A stretch of 63,975 nt of DNA, the filler included, from Fonticula-like sp. SCN 57-25 (lineage: Eukaryota), in NCBI GenBank assembly GCA_001724245.1. It is 3 parts of 3 records of this genome, joined end to end, with 100 filler letters (N's around TTAATTAATTAA, not from the genome) between each part and the next. Parts side by side here need not be neighbours in the genome. Positions count along the whole stretch, not along the records: positions 23,433 to 46,458 come from MEDX01000071.1; positions 46,559 to 63,975 come from MEDX01000115.1; 1 more part is not named here. One strand, 5' to 3'. Position numbers and translations under genes: made by a program. A model generated the notes under the pieces. That model was not told the DNA's origin, searched no databases, and saw nothing but the letters and a program-made list of their open reading frames with translations. Of this stretch, positions 37,601 through 49,811 are shown in pieces (position 1 is the stretch's first letter; each line of letters opens with the position of its first letter).

Positions 37601-39628
37601 GCCGCATCCGTGGACACGGGGCCTCCGTAGTAAATGCCGCCGACCACGCAACGCTGAAAGACCATCTTGTTCTGAGTAAGTGTTCCAGTTTTGTCGGAAA
37701 AGATGTGCTCGACTTGGCCCAACTGCTCGTTCAGGTTGGTGGTTCGGGCGTTCGCATACACGTCGCGATCCATGTAGTGCATGTCCTCGTCCCAATTGAT
37801 GAGCAAGCCCTGAATGAAACGAACAATTTCGAGCTGGAAAAAGAGACCAATCGGAATGATGTTTTGCAGCAGCAACACGGCGCGCAGGAATTGGAAGAAC
37901 CAGTCGCTGGATTCCGCAAAAGGAATGTACCACAATTCCCCCTCAGACTAAGCGCAACCGTAAGTGCTCGTGTTAACATAGCAAAAAAGCATCGCGTACG
38001 GAGTTTGTAATCACGCCTCCCACAACGAGTACGACAGCCAGAATCAAAATGGCCAGGAACAGCCAAATGATTTGCTTGTTGAGCTGCATCTGGAGGTTGC
38101 TCAGCTTAATTGGCGCCGGGTCGCTGTTCCTCAACTGAACCACAGTAAGCGATAACGCCAGAGAGCTGGGGTTGCGTACCAGCTTGGTCTCATGCCCAGT
38201 ATAAATGACGAGGCCGTGGACCCACGTTGTGTTTTGCAGCGTGGAGCCGCGGAGGATGAGCTCATTGGGCGTCAGCGCGATGCGTCGCGGTTCCGCCTGG
38301 ACGTCAATGTCCGCGTTAATGATGTCATAGTCGAACGACTCTGAGTGCGACACGGTCTCCTGGGGGGCAGGGCGACGCCGGTGGATGTTGTTGGCCTCCA
38401 ATCCCTGCGTTACGTGCATAAGGCCATCAAACGTGTACAGGCGGTTGTTGGGCCCTTCGCAGACCACCGTTCCTGCAATGCGGGACAAGTTTGCAGGCGT
38501 CTTGATGTGGCGACTGTCCTTGATGCACTTGCGAATTTTCAGGTTGGATTCGCCGTCAATGCTGGCGGTCTCGACGAAACACACGCCGTGCGGCTCGCTC
38601 GTTGACAGCTAATAAAAGAGCATCCCAAATCGCGTTAGCCAGGCGGGCCAAGAGATGACGACGCACCAGAATGACATCGGCGCAAAAGGCGTCGTTCTCG
38701 TGGATGAGTAGAATATCGCCAACCACAACGTCACGCCACGCCTGCGTTTGAAACTCGCCATCGCGCAAAATCTGCACAGGAGTGTCGTTTGTTCGCTGGT
38801 CGGCGCGATACTAGCAACATCGAACGTAAGGCAAAGTCGTGGTGACGCGGGCATGGTACGCACGCGGCGAAAATCTTCAATGAGCTCCTTGATGCCGGAC
38901 AGAACAAGCACAACAAGAAGGGGGGTAATTGCCAACCCTGGATTAATGATGGCGGCTTGAGGGACCATTGCAATGCATGCGCAAAAAAGGAAGAAGAAAT
39001 TGGACGCCTTTCCAAACTGCTCAAAGAAGAAGCTACAAAAAAAGAGTAAGTAAAACAAGTGTGGCGCAATCCAAGCCTTGTACCGAGGGAAGAACGAGTA
39101 GATCGAGTATTTCGTGGTGGAGACCGAGTTGTTCCTAAACTTCAAGTTGTGGTGGCGATCGTGATTGATGTACAGTGTCCGGAAAGGATCCTGAAAATTG
39201 TCGTTCTCAGGGCGCCTTCTACGGCAGCATCCGCCTTTCCTCAATCGCGCCCACGTCGTCGACGATCCAGTCTGTATCGAATTCAAAATGGCAGACGCCG
39301 CCGAGGCGATGCCGCCACTCGGCTGTGATCTCGTTTCAGTCTCGAGCACTTCGCACGATGCGTCGGGATTCTCCAATGGCGACACCCCTTGGCTTGACGA
39401 CGCAACAGGTTCCGCGTCCATCCGCAGATCTGCTGAAAGCTCCGTGTCGCTCGTCCATGCCGAGCCTATTACTCGCCGGTCGCCGTCGGCCTCACTAGGG
39501 CCGGCAGCGGGATCTGTAGCAAACCCGACATGCTTTCCGGAGACAGAAGACGGACCGGCAGGCTGATCGCTATTCTCCATCGTGGGAGTATATGGGTCCA
39601 ACTTGCTAGTTGATTCAATTCCGCTCAT
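34384..39628 (-). CDS. P4-ATPase phospholipid flippase (alpha subunit), multi-exon
   Basis: [49 protein letters not shown] (phospho-Asp), [66 protein letters not shown]. Confidence 0.96.
34613..34647. repeat. (GACGCC)n hexamer repeat encoding (SA)n in the flippase C-terminal tail
   Basis: gacgccgacgccgacgccgacgccgacgccgacgc. Confidence 0.8.
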
Positions 39629-39892
39629 TGTGTAGCCGATTCAGAGGCGAGGCATGCCTCGCGCGGGCTCACACAACGTAGGCAACTTGTGGCGCGCGGT
39701 GGGGCCAAAGATGCAGCCTGCAAGAATCTGGTGCCGATAAAGGGCAGTTAAAAGGAGTGGCAAGGGGACTGTGTATGACCGCCGATAGCCGCAATGTAAG
39801 GGCGCCTACAAACCCCTAACGTAGGCTGGAAAAAGGAGCGTCGGCGATCGGGTTCAAGGTCCGCGCCCACCAGCGGGCAATTCGTGATTGTA

Positions 39893-39969
39893 ATTGGTCA
39901 TGTGACTCATTATTCGCTACTGATTGGTCAACCTAGATCGACAAACTTGTCAGATGAAAAGGACCAATG
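39893..39969. promoter_or_regulatory. Three CCAAT/ATTGG boxes in both orientations in the flippase/CDC50 bidirectional spacer
   Basis: attggtca (~39893), ctgattggtca (~39920) and gaccaatg (~39962). CTGATTGG recurs at ~52947, ~60612 and ~63900. Confidence 0.5.
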
Positions 39970-40152
39970 GTATGATTGCATTCCTTACCTGGAAAGGCGG
40001 CGGCTTTCCGGTTCTCGCCCTGGGGTGCATCTCGACGTCTTCGTTGATCTGCTTGGATTAGCCTGGACCGAAGGGAGGAAAAAGGTAAAGGCAGCGGCAC
40101 GAGTAGGGAAGCGGAACCACCCAGATCGACGGATAACTATTTTTTTTAAAAA

Positions 40153-41583
40153 ATGGCCGACAACAGCGGGGAGGTCAAGTCGAAGAAGCCGTCCAGTGCG
40201 CCGTCGTCATTCCTTTGCGATCGCTGTGGTTACTAACTGTAGCCTGTCTCTGCTCGCAGGCTCCGCGTTCAAGCAGCAGAGGCTGAAGGCGTGGCAGCCC
40301 ATTTTGACGCCGTCTAGCGTGCTTCCGACGTTTTTCGTGATTGGCATTGTATTTATTGGTCTCGGCGTTGGGCTCTTCCTCACGTCCAAGGGAGTGCGTG
40401 ATCCCACTGGCGCCGCCTCTCTTTGCTCGTGTACTCACGCGATCTCCATACAGGTCACCGAATACGAGGTCAATTACACCAACTGCGCGAGCTATTCGAC
40501 GCCCGAGCCGTTTGATGTTGACGGCACCAAATATTCCCTCGTCGCCCTCAACAACCAGACCCAGTGCCGCATCGAGGTTCAGATCACCGACGACCTGCCC
40601 GGCCCCGTCTTCCTCTACTACCGCCTGACGAGGTGCGTCGCGCTGCGCGGATTTCTCTTTTTTTGTATTAATTTCCATTTTTGCTCCACAGCTTTTACCA
40701 GAATCACCGCCGCTATGTCAAGTCGTTTGATGCCCGCCAGCTGCAGGGCGACATGCGCACGATCGCCCAGATCCAGAGCAACTGCGACCCGCTCTACCAG
40801 GCGGAGGACCCTGTGGACAAGATCATGAAGCCGATTTACCCCTGCGGTCTCATCGCCAACTCTGTGTTCAACGACACGTTCTCCCCGATGATCGGCAAGT
40901 CGAACAACTACACCTGGCTCACCACCGGCATCGCCTGGCCGTCCGACAAGAACAAGTACGGCCCGCCCCAGTTTACGTCCGCCGACGTCGTCCCGCCGCC
41001 CAACTGGAGCAACTACAATGGGTATGCCGCACTCGTTCCTTATTTCTATTGTTTGCTTATCGCATTGCCCCGATCGCCGCAGCACGTACCAGATTGCGCC
41101 GTGGACGCTCGACACTGTTGACCTGCAGGGTAATGAGGCGTTCCAGGTGTGGATGCGCACCGCCGGTCTCCCGACGTTCCGCAAGCTCTGGGGCCGCCTC
41201 GAGACGACGCTCGCCGCCGACACCTACGAGATGATCATCGACCTGCGTGCGTTCCTCGCTTTCTGCTCCCTTTTGCCTTTGTGGCCCGTCAGCTGACGTG
41301 GCGTCCGCAGGCTTTGATGTGACCAGCTTTGGCGGCACCAAGTCGGTTGTCATCGCCACCACGTCGTGGCTGGGTGGCAAGAACCCTTTCCTCGGCATCG
41401 CCTACCTCGTGGTCGGCTGCCTCTGCGTCGCCCTGGGCCTCATCTTCCTCATCAGGCACATCAGGAAGCCGCGGTGCGCGCTCCCTCTCCCATTGCTAAA
41501 AAGCAGGGCTGCTCACATTTTGCCGTTACAGCAAGCTCGGCGACTCCAATTACCTCTCGTGGAATAAGAACAAGTCGCATTAG
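40153..41583 (+). CDS. CDC50: Cdc50/Lem3/TMEM30 flippase beta subunit
   Basis: [99 protein letters not shown]. Confidence 0.97.
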
Positions 41584-41927
41584 TTTTGTTTTCATTTTGG
41601 CCCGCGACAACAGTCGCGACTTTGCGCTGAAGGGCTCGAGGTATCTGATATTTCCTACTTTTCTGTCCCCTTTTGCTTTCTTTCACTTTCCACACTTTCT
41701 CCCCCTTTGGTCTCGTTGATTCAATTTTTATGCAAATTGGTGCGGTGTCGTCTATTGTTTGCACTGTAATTCTGGTCATATATCCGCCAGTAAACATTGA
41801 GAAAACTCTAGTCGATCAATCAGCGCCGACGACAGGCAATGTCTGTTCATATAATGAATCATCATCTGTACAGGTTGGCGAGCCAACGAAACAACAAAAA
41901 GAAACAAACAGAGAAGCGCCCGCGGCT

Positions 41928-44900
41928 TTATCCAAACGACTGCGACTGGCCACGATGCATGCGCTGCTTTGAGGGGCGCCACTCGTTGGGGGTTTCCCAT
42001 TTGTTGTGCAGCGGCTCGAGCTTTTCCGCGCGCTTCCGCCTGCTGAGCTTGTTGGGATCGGCCTGCTGGAAAAAGGTGGGCGCGACCTCGACGAGCCACT
42101 TTGGCTCGATGGCGAGGACCTCGCGCATGTACTCTTTTGTCGTGAGAACGAGCTCGTGGTAGATGACCCACTCGGCGCCCTTGTTGAAGAGGGCACTGGA
42201 CGGGTGGATGTACACGGGCGTCCCCTCGACGAGCGTCTTATATCCCTCCTGTGGGTCCTTCTTGGCGGCGTGGCTAAAGTACCCAGAGCAGATGGCCTTG
42301 CAGACGCGGACATAGTTGCGGCCGCACGAGACGACCTCGTGCTTGTACCGGTCCATGATGGTGAGCAGCTGCTTCCGAATGTCCTGTGCCTGCCGCATCG
42401 AGCGCGCCTGAATAAAGTTTTCAAAGCACCACGGGTTGGAGAACTTGTTCTGCTTGTAGGCGTTGTACACACAGAGCAGCGTGAGGTGATCGCCTTCGGG
42501 CTGGTGGAACTTTGCCTTTTTCTGGTCCGCCTGCGCCTGCTTCTCCTTGGGGCGATAGAAAACGCCGTCCACCGAGAGCATCGCCACCACGGTCAGCACC
42601 TCTTCGCTGCAGCCCAGATCAAACGAAGCAATGAGCTACGACCGCAATCATTAGCAACGCAAGAAATTAAAAGGGCACGCGTACCATCTTGGAGAGCGGC
42701 GGTTCGAGCGGGAACTCGGCCATCTTGCGGCCCTCGCGCGTGAGCAGGCCCTCGTTGTCGAGCGCACCCAAGGCGTAGAGCTGCTGCAGCGCCGTGACCA
42801 GGGTCTGCAGCGGTGGCGGGTCCATAAAGTCAAACGTGATGAGGTCGTTGATGCCGAGCGCCTTGAGCATGAGCACAGTGTTGCCCAGATTGGTGCGCTG
42901 GATTTCGGGGACGCTGTTCTCCATCATTTCGTTGCGGAAAGCACTTTCAGTGTAGAGGCGGTAGCACTTGCCCGGGCCGGTACGGCCCGCACGGCCGGCG
43001 CGCTGCTTTGCCTGCGCCTTTGAGATCGGGATGACGACGAGGGAGTCCATGCCAAGCTTGGCGTTGTAGGCCTTTTGCTTGACGAAACCGGGGTCCACGA
43101 CGTAGTAGATGCCGTCGATCGTGATGGACGTCTCGGCAATGTTGGTCGCGAGCACCACCTTGCGGCTTCCCGGCGGCGCGGGGTCAAAGATACGCGACTG
43201 CATTTCGGACGGGAGGGCCGAGTACACCGGGAGGATGATGAGCTCGGGGACCGACGGGCCCAGCGCCTTCATGCGCTCATAAAGAATCTGACATGACGTA
43301 TCAATTTCTTCCTGTCCAGTGAGGAATACGAGAATGTCACCCGGCGGCTCCGACAGGTGAATCTGCATCACGGTGATGAGCGACGCGTCAAGGTAATCGC
43401 TCTCGGGCTCCTTGGTGTAGAGCACCTCCACCGGGAAAGCACGACCCGGAATTGTGAAGATAGGGCACCCGAAAAAGTACTGCGAAAACTTTTCAGCATC
43501 AAGCGTGGCGGACGTGACGATCAGCTTGAGGTCCTTGCGACGGGCCACGGTCTGCTTCAGCAACCCAAAGAGAACGTCCGTATTGATGGTGCGCTCGTGC
43601 GCCTCGTCAAGGATAATGCACGAGTATTGCGAAAGGTCGTTGTCCACCAGCGACTGGCGCAAAAGCATACCATCCGTCATGTAGACAATCTTGGATTCAG
43701 GCGAAGTACAGTCCTCGAAACGAATTGTGTAGCCGACCTCCTGGCCGAGGCGACACCCGACTTCTTCTGCCACGCGCTTCGCCACCGACATGGCGGCCAC
43801 GCGGCGGGGCTGGGTGCAGCCAATGCGGCCGCGGAGCGTGAACCCTTCCTCAGCGAGATACTGCGTCATCTGTGTTGTCTTGCCAGAGCCAGTGTCACCG
43901 ACGACAACAAGGATCTGGTTGTCGGCCACGGCGCGGACCAGCTCGTCGCGAAGCTTGTACGTCGGCAGCGACTCGCGCTGCTCCTTGATCGACATTTTCG
44001 TGATTTTTCCAAAAGTAACATTCTTGCCCAAAGAAGACTTTTTCCACTCTGGCATGTCCTCTGGCGCAGCGGCGTTCCGCGCATCCTGAGCAAACGTCCG
44101 CTCTCCCGGCTTGGGCATCGGGTCAACCCACGCCTTGCCCATGTCCTGCGAAAAGGCGTCTCCTTGCTGCTGCTGCTGTTGCTGCTCGCGCATGTCGCGG
44201 CGGTCCTTGGCTAGCGCAGCCTGCACGGTCGCCGCGCGCTGCAGCGAGCCGTCGGGGTTCTTGACGATCTTGACGGGGGACATGTCCAGCACTTGCTGCG
44301 TCTTTCCCCTACAAGCGGCCGAGAATCAGAAACCAAACTACAAAAAAGCAAAGCGCGCACCTAAGAAAGCTCGGCTCCTCCTCGACAAGCTCAATTTCCA
44401 AGTCCTCTTCGCGGTCCTCCTCGTCAAACTGTTCGACCATCCCATCATCGTCGGCGTACGGATTCGCCTCGCTCGGGTCCAAAACTCCGGCAGCAGCGAG
44501 CTGCTTGAGTTCCCAGCGCTGGGGCGACGATAGGCGTTTCCTTGTCGCCGCTGTGCGCCCAGAACCGGGTGCAGGGCCATCCACCACGCGCACACCGCCG
44601 TCGCGAGGCATCATTGGCGCTTCGGGATTCGAGAAACTGTCGCGCGGGTTGAGGTCCCGGCCAGTCATCTGATCCACGTCGCGCATCGAAAGGCTAATAC
44701 GCGAACCGGCAATGCTCACGACCTTGACCTTGATAGTCTGGTTGCGCTTGACCACGTCCTGCACCGCCCGAACGCGTTCGCCACCGGGTGCCGACAGTTG
44801 CGAAATGTGCACGAGGCCTTGGCGGTTGCCCCGCACTCCACGAAGCTGCACAAAAGCACCAAATTCCTTCGTATCCATGACAATACCATCATAAATGGAG

Positions 44901-45448
44901 TTGATGACGGGTTCGTCGTCCTCCCTGCGGCGATCCCGTGGCGGCGAGCGCGAGTAGCGCCGGCGATCATAGTCAGGCGACCGACGGCGCCCATAGCCGC
45001 GCGGGGAAGGGCTGCGTCCCCTCCCCCCGCGCTCGCTACGGCTGTCGCGACGAGGACTGCGGCTTCGGCTGCGACTGCGGCTACGCCGCCGAGCGGGGCT
45101 ACGAGGCCGCGGCGGCAGGGCTGACGAGGACGTTTGCGGCAGAGAGTCAGCGGGCGTGCGACCGTACGAGGCGGACGCGGCCTTGGAAGACGATGCACTT
45201 GTTGTCGTCTTGGACTGCGACGGTTTGAGGCTTTGGATAATGCGGAAGAGGTTAGCCACGAATGACGGCGTGAACGCGCCGCCGTTCTCTTCGAGAACCT
45301 TGCTAAAGTCGTCCTCGGTGGCCGATTTCAGTCCCATCTGGACGATGAACTCGGCCAGCGTCTTGTCATTGATGCCAACATGGTTCTCCAATTCTACAAC
45401 GACCTTGGACACCACGGAAAGCCGCTCAAACTCAAAGAGGCTTCCCAT
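41928..45448 (-). CDS. PRP22: Pre-mRNA splicing DEAH helicase Prp22/DHX8
   Basis: N-terminal [28 protein letters not shown]-rich tract, S1 domain, [25 protein letters not shown] and the C-terminal HA2/OB region. Confidence 0.97.
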
Positions 45449-45587
45449 CGTCGTCAGCACGCACCGCGCCGGTGCCGGTGGTGCGACAAGGCGAGAATTG
45501 AGTGCCCCGCAAGTAAGCTGATCTGGATTCTACATGGATTGTGTCATCTCAGTCGTGCTTGCACCGGGAAGTCTCTCCGCACTCGCC

Positions 45588-46458
45588 ATGGAGGACGAGC
45601 TCAACGTGACGCCCTTGGAGGAGACGTGGGACCAAGAGGCCGGTACGGGCATGCACGCTCGTTATATTTGGTATATATTAACTAGATTTGTCACCCATTC
45701 CAAGTGCAAAACACTGTTGCTACGCTTAGACGGTACCTCGGCCCTATAATTGCAGACAATCCGCAGCCGTCGTCCGAGCAGCATGCACATGCGCGGTACG
45801 TTCCTTGCCACGTTGCGAGAGCATTTGCTAATATACACATTTGAATTTAGCGAAAAGCTGTTACGTCTATCCACATGGCAGTTTCAGGAGCTTGCTGTCG
45901 ATGTGCTTGATGAGATGAACCGCCGCGAAAGCGCCGCCACCGACATTATGGCGCCGGCCATGCTCCCTCCGAGCGAGCACTACAACGCCAAGCGTAACCA
46001 AGCTCGCCAGAAGCTTGCCACGCTTCCAGAGACTCGCTTTAAGGATCTTGCGTCGGATGTCTATGTTGACCTCAAGCGCCGAGCGGCTCGTCTGTGTGCG
46101 TTCTCACTATGGCTCGAGTCTTGCGCTGATCTGTGCATTTTCCAGTGTCAGGGACGCTCGATAGAAGCCTAGGGAACCTCATCAGGGCGACGGCCCCGGC
46201 TCCCATTGATGTTTTTCCTTCAGCATCGCCGGGGCGCCGCAGCGCTCCTTCGTCGCCTGCAAAAGGCGTCCCGGTCACGCCAGTCAAGACCGTTCTCGAC
46301 AAGGACGAGCTGTACGAGTCCCTCGACGAGCTTTTGGTAGATCTCGGTTCCATGATTGGCTCTCAAATTACGGGCTTTACGTCTCCGAGCGAAGTGCAGA
46401 GCCCCCGCTATCTCGAGCCTGCGTCGCCCCGCTATCTCGAGCCCTCAGCGCAGCAGCA
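45588..46458 (+). CDS. Spa2/GIT-homology-domain protein with fungal Spa2-like N-terminal tandem SHD; truncated at contig end
   Basis: AREKLLRLSTWQFQELAVDVLDEMNRRE...KRNQARQKLATLPETRFKDLASDVYVDLKRR. No ArfGAP or ankyrin region upstream. Confidence 0.85.
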
Positions 46459-46558
46459 NNNNNNNNNNNNNNNNNNNNNNNNNNNNNNNNNNNNNNNNNN
46501 NNTTAATTAATTAANNNNNNNNNNNNNNNNNNNNNNNNNNNNNNNNNNNNNNNNNNNN
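46459..46558. other. Artificial contig linker (N44-TTAATTAATTAA-N44)
   Basis: Identical in length and sequence to the linker at 23333. Confidence 0.95.
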
Positions 46559-48120
46559 GCTTCGAGGACGACCACGCCAAAGGAAGGCGGCTCGCTGGCG
46601 GTGCCGCCGCGCTGCTCCTTGATGGAGATGCAGTAGCTGGCCATGTCGTTGGTGAGGACGGAAGAGTAGACGAGCGTGCCAGAGGTGAGGATGGAGGTGA
46701 GCTTGCGCTGGATGATTTTTTCTTTTTTGGCGCCGGCTTTTTCGCGCATGGCTTTGCTGACAGAGTTTTCAAGTTCATCAACGCGCGCCACCTTGTAACT
46801 GAAAAAGTAGGAAAAAGTGTAGGAAAAGATGGTCAAATAGAAGGAAAACCATTATAATATTAGCTCATTATGTCATGAATGAAGTCTGCGTACCCGGCAG
46901 CGAGGACTTTGGCGGCCCATTCTTCGAGGCGAGAAGTGGGAAAGCCGGCGCAGCGCATCTCGCCGGCGCGCGCCATCTTGGTGTAGTTCAAGTCAAACTG
47001 GCGCACACCAACATCTATCAAAGTAATTAGATATACAAACACATATCTTTTTTGATACGAACCGGCGTCAACTTCGTAGAGCTCGTAGAAAAAGCCTTTC
47101 TTGAAAAACACGATCGTGTCAAAGTGCTGCGCCTTGATTTCCCAGTACTGCTTCTCAAACGGCTTGAAAGTGGCCCACGCGCTGGGGGGAATGTACAGCG
47201 TACGGGGATCATAATCGGGGTCATCTAATGAGAGGTCAGCATAGCACAGCATATTAGAGAAGAACAAACCTTTGGTGCGCTTTTGGGCATCGCGGACATC
47301 GGTGAGGAAAGAGTAGCGTTTTGCGTTGTGCTCCGAGGCAACCGTGCCGGCCTGCTCAGTAGACCATTAGCAACGAAAAAGTGGCAGTGGCAGTCGTACA
47401 GCGCCGGTCGAGGACGGCGTGATCGGGGACGCAAGGGATCGCGTCGGAGTGGTCGACGATGGCGAACCAGACATGAACTAATAAAACTTAGTAAATGCGC
47501 TTATAACACGAGAAAACATACCTTTGAAAGCTTCTTTTCCGATGCCGATGGAGTGCTCGCGCTCGAGCGCGACTTGCTGCTCGACGGCGAGCCAATCTCC
47601 GTCTCAAGATCGTCAAACTCGAGATCGTCCTCGTCAATGTCCATGCCGCCATCTGACAGGGATCAGACACAGAAAAACCAAAAAGGTGCACGCCGTACCT
47701 TCATAGGCGTCGTCGTCGTCCTTCTTGGACCGCTTGGGCTTTGACTTGGCGGCCTTGGGCGTGCGGGGCGCGGCCGCCTCGTCATCGTCGCTCTCCTCTT
47801 CCACGTACGAGATGCGCTTGCGCGTGCGGTTCACCTACATATAACGCGTCAGCATGGCACATAAAAATATACACGCGTACCGTGGGGGAGTCAAATTCGA
47901 CGTCGCCATCGACCTCGTCCGTGGTCGCCGTGCTCGGCGGTGACACCACGGGAGGCGCAAGGGCAGCCGGCTTGGCGACGGGGGGATCAGCAACGGGAGA
48001 CTCCTCCGGCGGCGCCGTTTCGGCCGGCGGCTTTGTCGGAGGCGACTTTGTAAAGAACGACATGATGTTGCGCTGCGTCATTGGCGATGAGCCGCTGCTG
48101 CGAGCCGGTCCGGGCGCCAT
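46559..48120 (-). CDS. MSH6: DNA mismatch repair protein Msh6, N-terminal part (truncated by linker)
   Basis: N-terminal PIP box QRNIMSFF, then DPDYDPRTLYIP...PFEKQYWEIK...FFKKGFFYELYE (Phe-X-Glu), GYKVARVDELE, IIQRKLTSILTSGTL. Confidence 0.93.
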
Positions 48121-48141
48121 GCCTGCCCCAGCCGGTTTGGA

Positions 48142-48160
48142 TTTTCGCGCCAAATTCGAC
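48142..48160. promoter_or_regulatory. E2F-like site TTTTCGCGCCAAA followed by CHR-like TTCGAC, upstream of MSH6
   Basis: Read directly. Related sites lie at 17699, 51304 and 63924. Confidence 0.5.
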
Positions 48161-48248
48161 TGAAAAAAGCAAAGTAAAATCGCATGCGATTATTGAGACT
48201 TGGTCACGTGCCGGTTGTGCTGCGTTGTTAGACTTCTTCCGAGCACCA

Positions 48249-49661
48249 ATGCTGCGCGGAACGTTGCTGCGTGTTGGGTATGCGCATGCATAGCCTCTCT
48301 CTCCCCGCTCGGATCTAACTGTATTCCAGGCTTCCGCTCACACACAGAACGGTCCTATCGTCCGGTTCGGCGGGTTTCCGGAAGGAGTGGGTCTCGTCGG
48401 CGGTTTCCCCGTCCATTGCCGGCCCCCTTCCCACCGCCGCCTCGACGACCGATGATGACGCCGAGGAGAAGCAGCTGAAGCGGTTCAAGCCCGCGTATGA
48501 CACGCCCCTGACGGCCCTCCCGGGCGTGTACCTCGAGCTGTCCAAGGCGCGCCTGGCGGGCCTTGTCACTCTGAGCACGATGGCCGGCTATGCGCTCGCG
48601 CCGGGCGCGGTCAATGTCCCAACGCTGCTCGCGACGACGGTGGGCACTGCTCTCTGCGTCGCGTCGGCCAACTCGTACGCACTTGTTTTAACATAGCCAC
48701 TTGCTTTGCATACTCACACGGGCGTGGCGAATAGGATGAACCAGTGGATCGAGGTACCTTACGATGGGCAAATGTCGCGCACGCTTCAGCGCCCGCTCGT
48801 GCGAATGGCCATTTCACCCCTTCACGCCTTTAATTTCAGCATGGGTACGCTGCCATTTTTCTATCCTTTCTTTTCTGACACGCTTGTTTCTCTGCAGCGA
48901 CCGCTCTGGCTGGCACGGGGATCCTCTACTCGCTTGTGAACCCTCTGACTGCCGTCCTCGGCGCCTGCAACATCATCCTCTACTCAATGTGCTACACGCC
49001 GATGAAGCGCCTCGGCATTTCCAACACGTGGATCGGCTCCGTCGTGGGCGCGATCCCGCCCATGATGGGCTGGACGGCGTGCATCAACGACATTGACGCC
49101 GGAGCGCTCCTGCTCGGATACATGCTCTACGCGTGGCAGTTCCCGCACTTTAACGCCCTCAGCTGGCGCATCAAGGGGTGCGAATCAGCCACTTTTTGAC
49201 TAAAAAGCCTTTGGCTAACGACGGTTTTCAGCGAGTACTCGAGGGCAGGATACCGCATGGCCGTCGTGACTGACCCGGCGCTCAACTCGCGCGTGGCGCT
49301 CCGGTACTCTGCTGTGCGCCTCATCTTGCCCTCTCGCCTTTTGCTGACTCTGTGATGACAGCTGCTGCTGCCGACATGCCTCGCCTTTTCGTATGCAGGC
49401 GTGACCACGGACATGTTTGCCATCGATTCGACGCTCGTCAACCTGGCGCTCATGTACGCAGCAGCATTTTTATGTCTTCTTTGCTGACCTTTTTGTAGTG
49501 TCGCCGCGTTCCAATTCCACAAGAACCCGTCTGACAAGTCGTCCAGGCGGCTCTTTTTCGGGAGTCTCTTTTATCTGCCGCTCATCTTGATCCTGATGCT
49601 GGTGCACAAGCGCAAGCGGCGGATCGTGGAGGAAGTGCCCGAGGGCGAGATTGAGCTATGA
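48249..49661 (+). CDS. COX10: Protoheme IX farnesyltransferase (heme O synthase)
   Basis: [91 protein letters not shown]. Confidence 0.95.
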
Positions 49662-49811
49662 GAAAGAGTAGCTCACCATCTTCAAATAATTGGCCGCAAG
49701 GCAAAAGTAGCCTGAATGATGTGTACAGACATTGTAACATTCAAACATATTGGAAATATATTATACTCGTATCATTACACCTTGAGCGTCGCGCGCGAAC
49801 TTGTATTGTCG

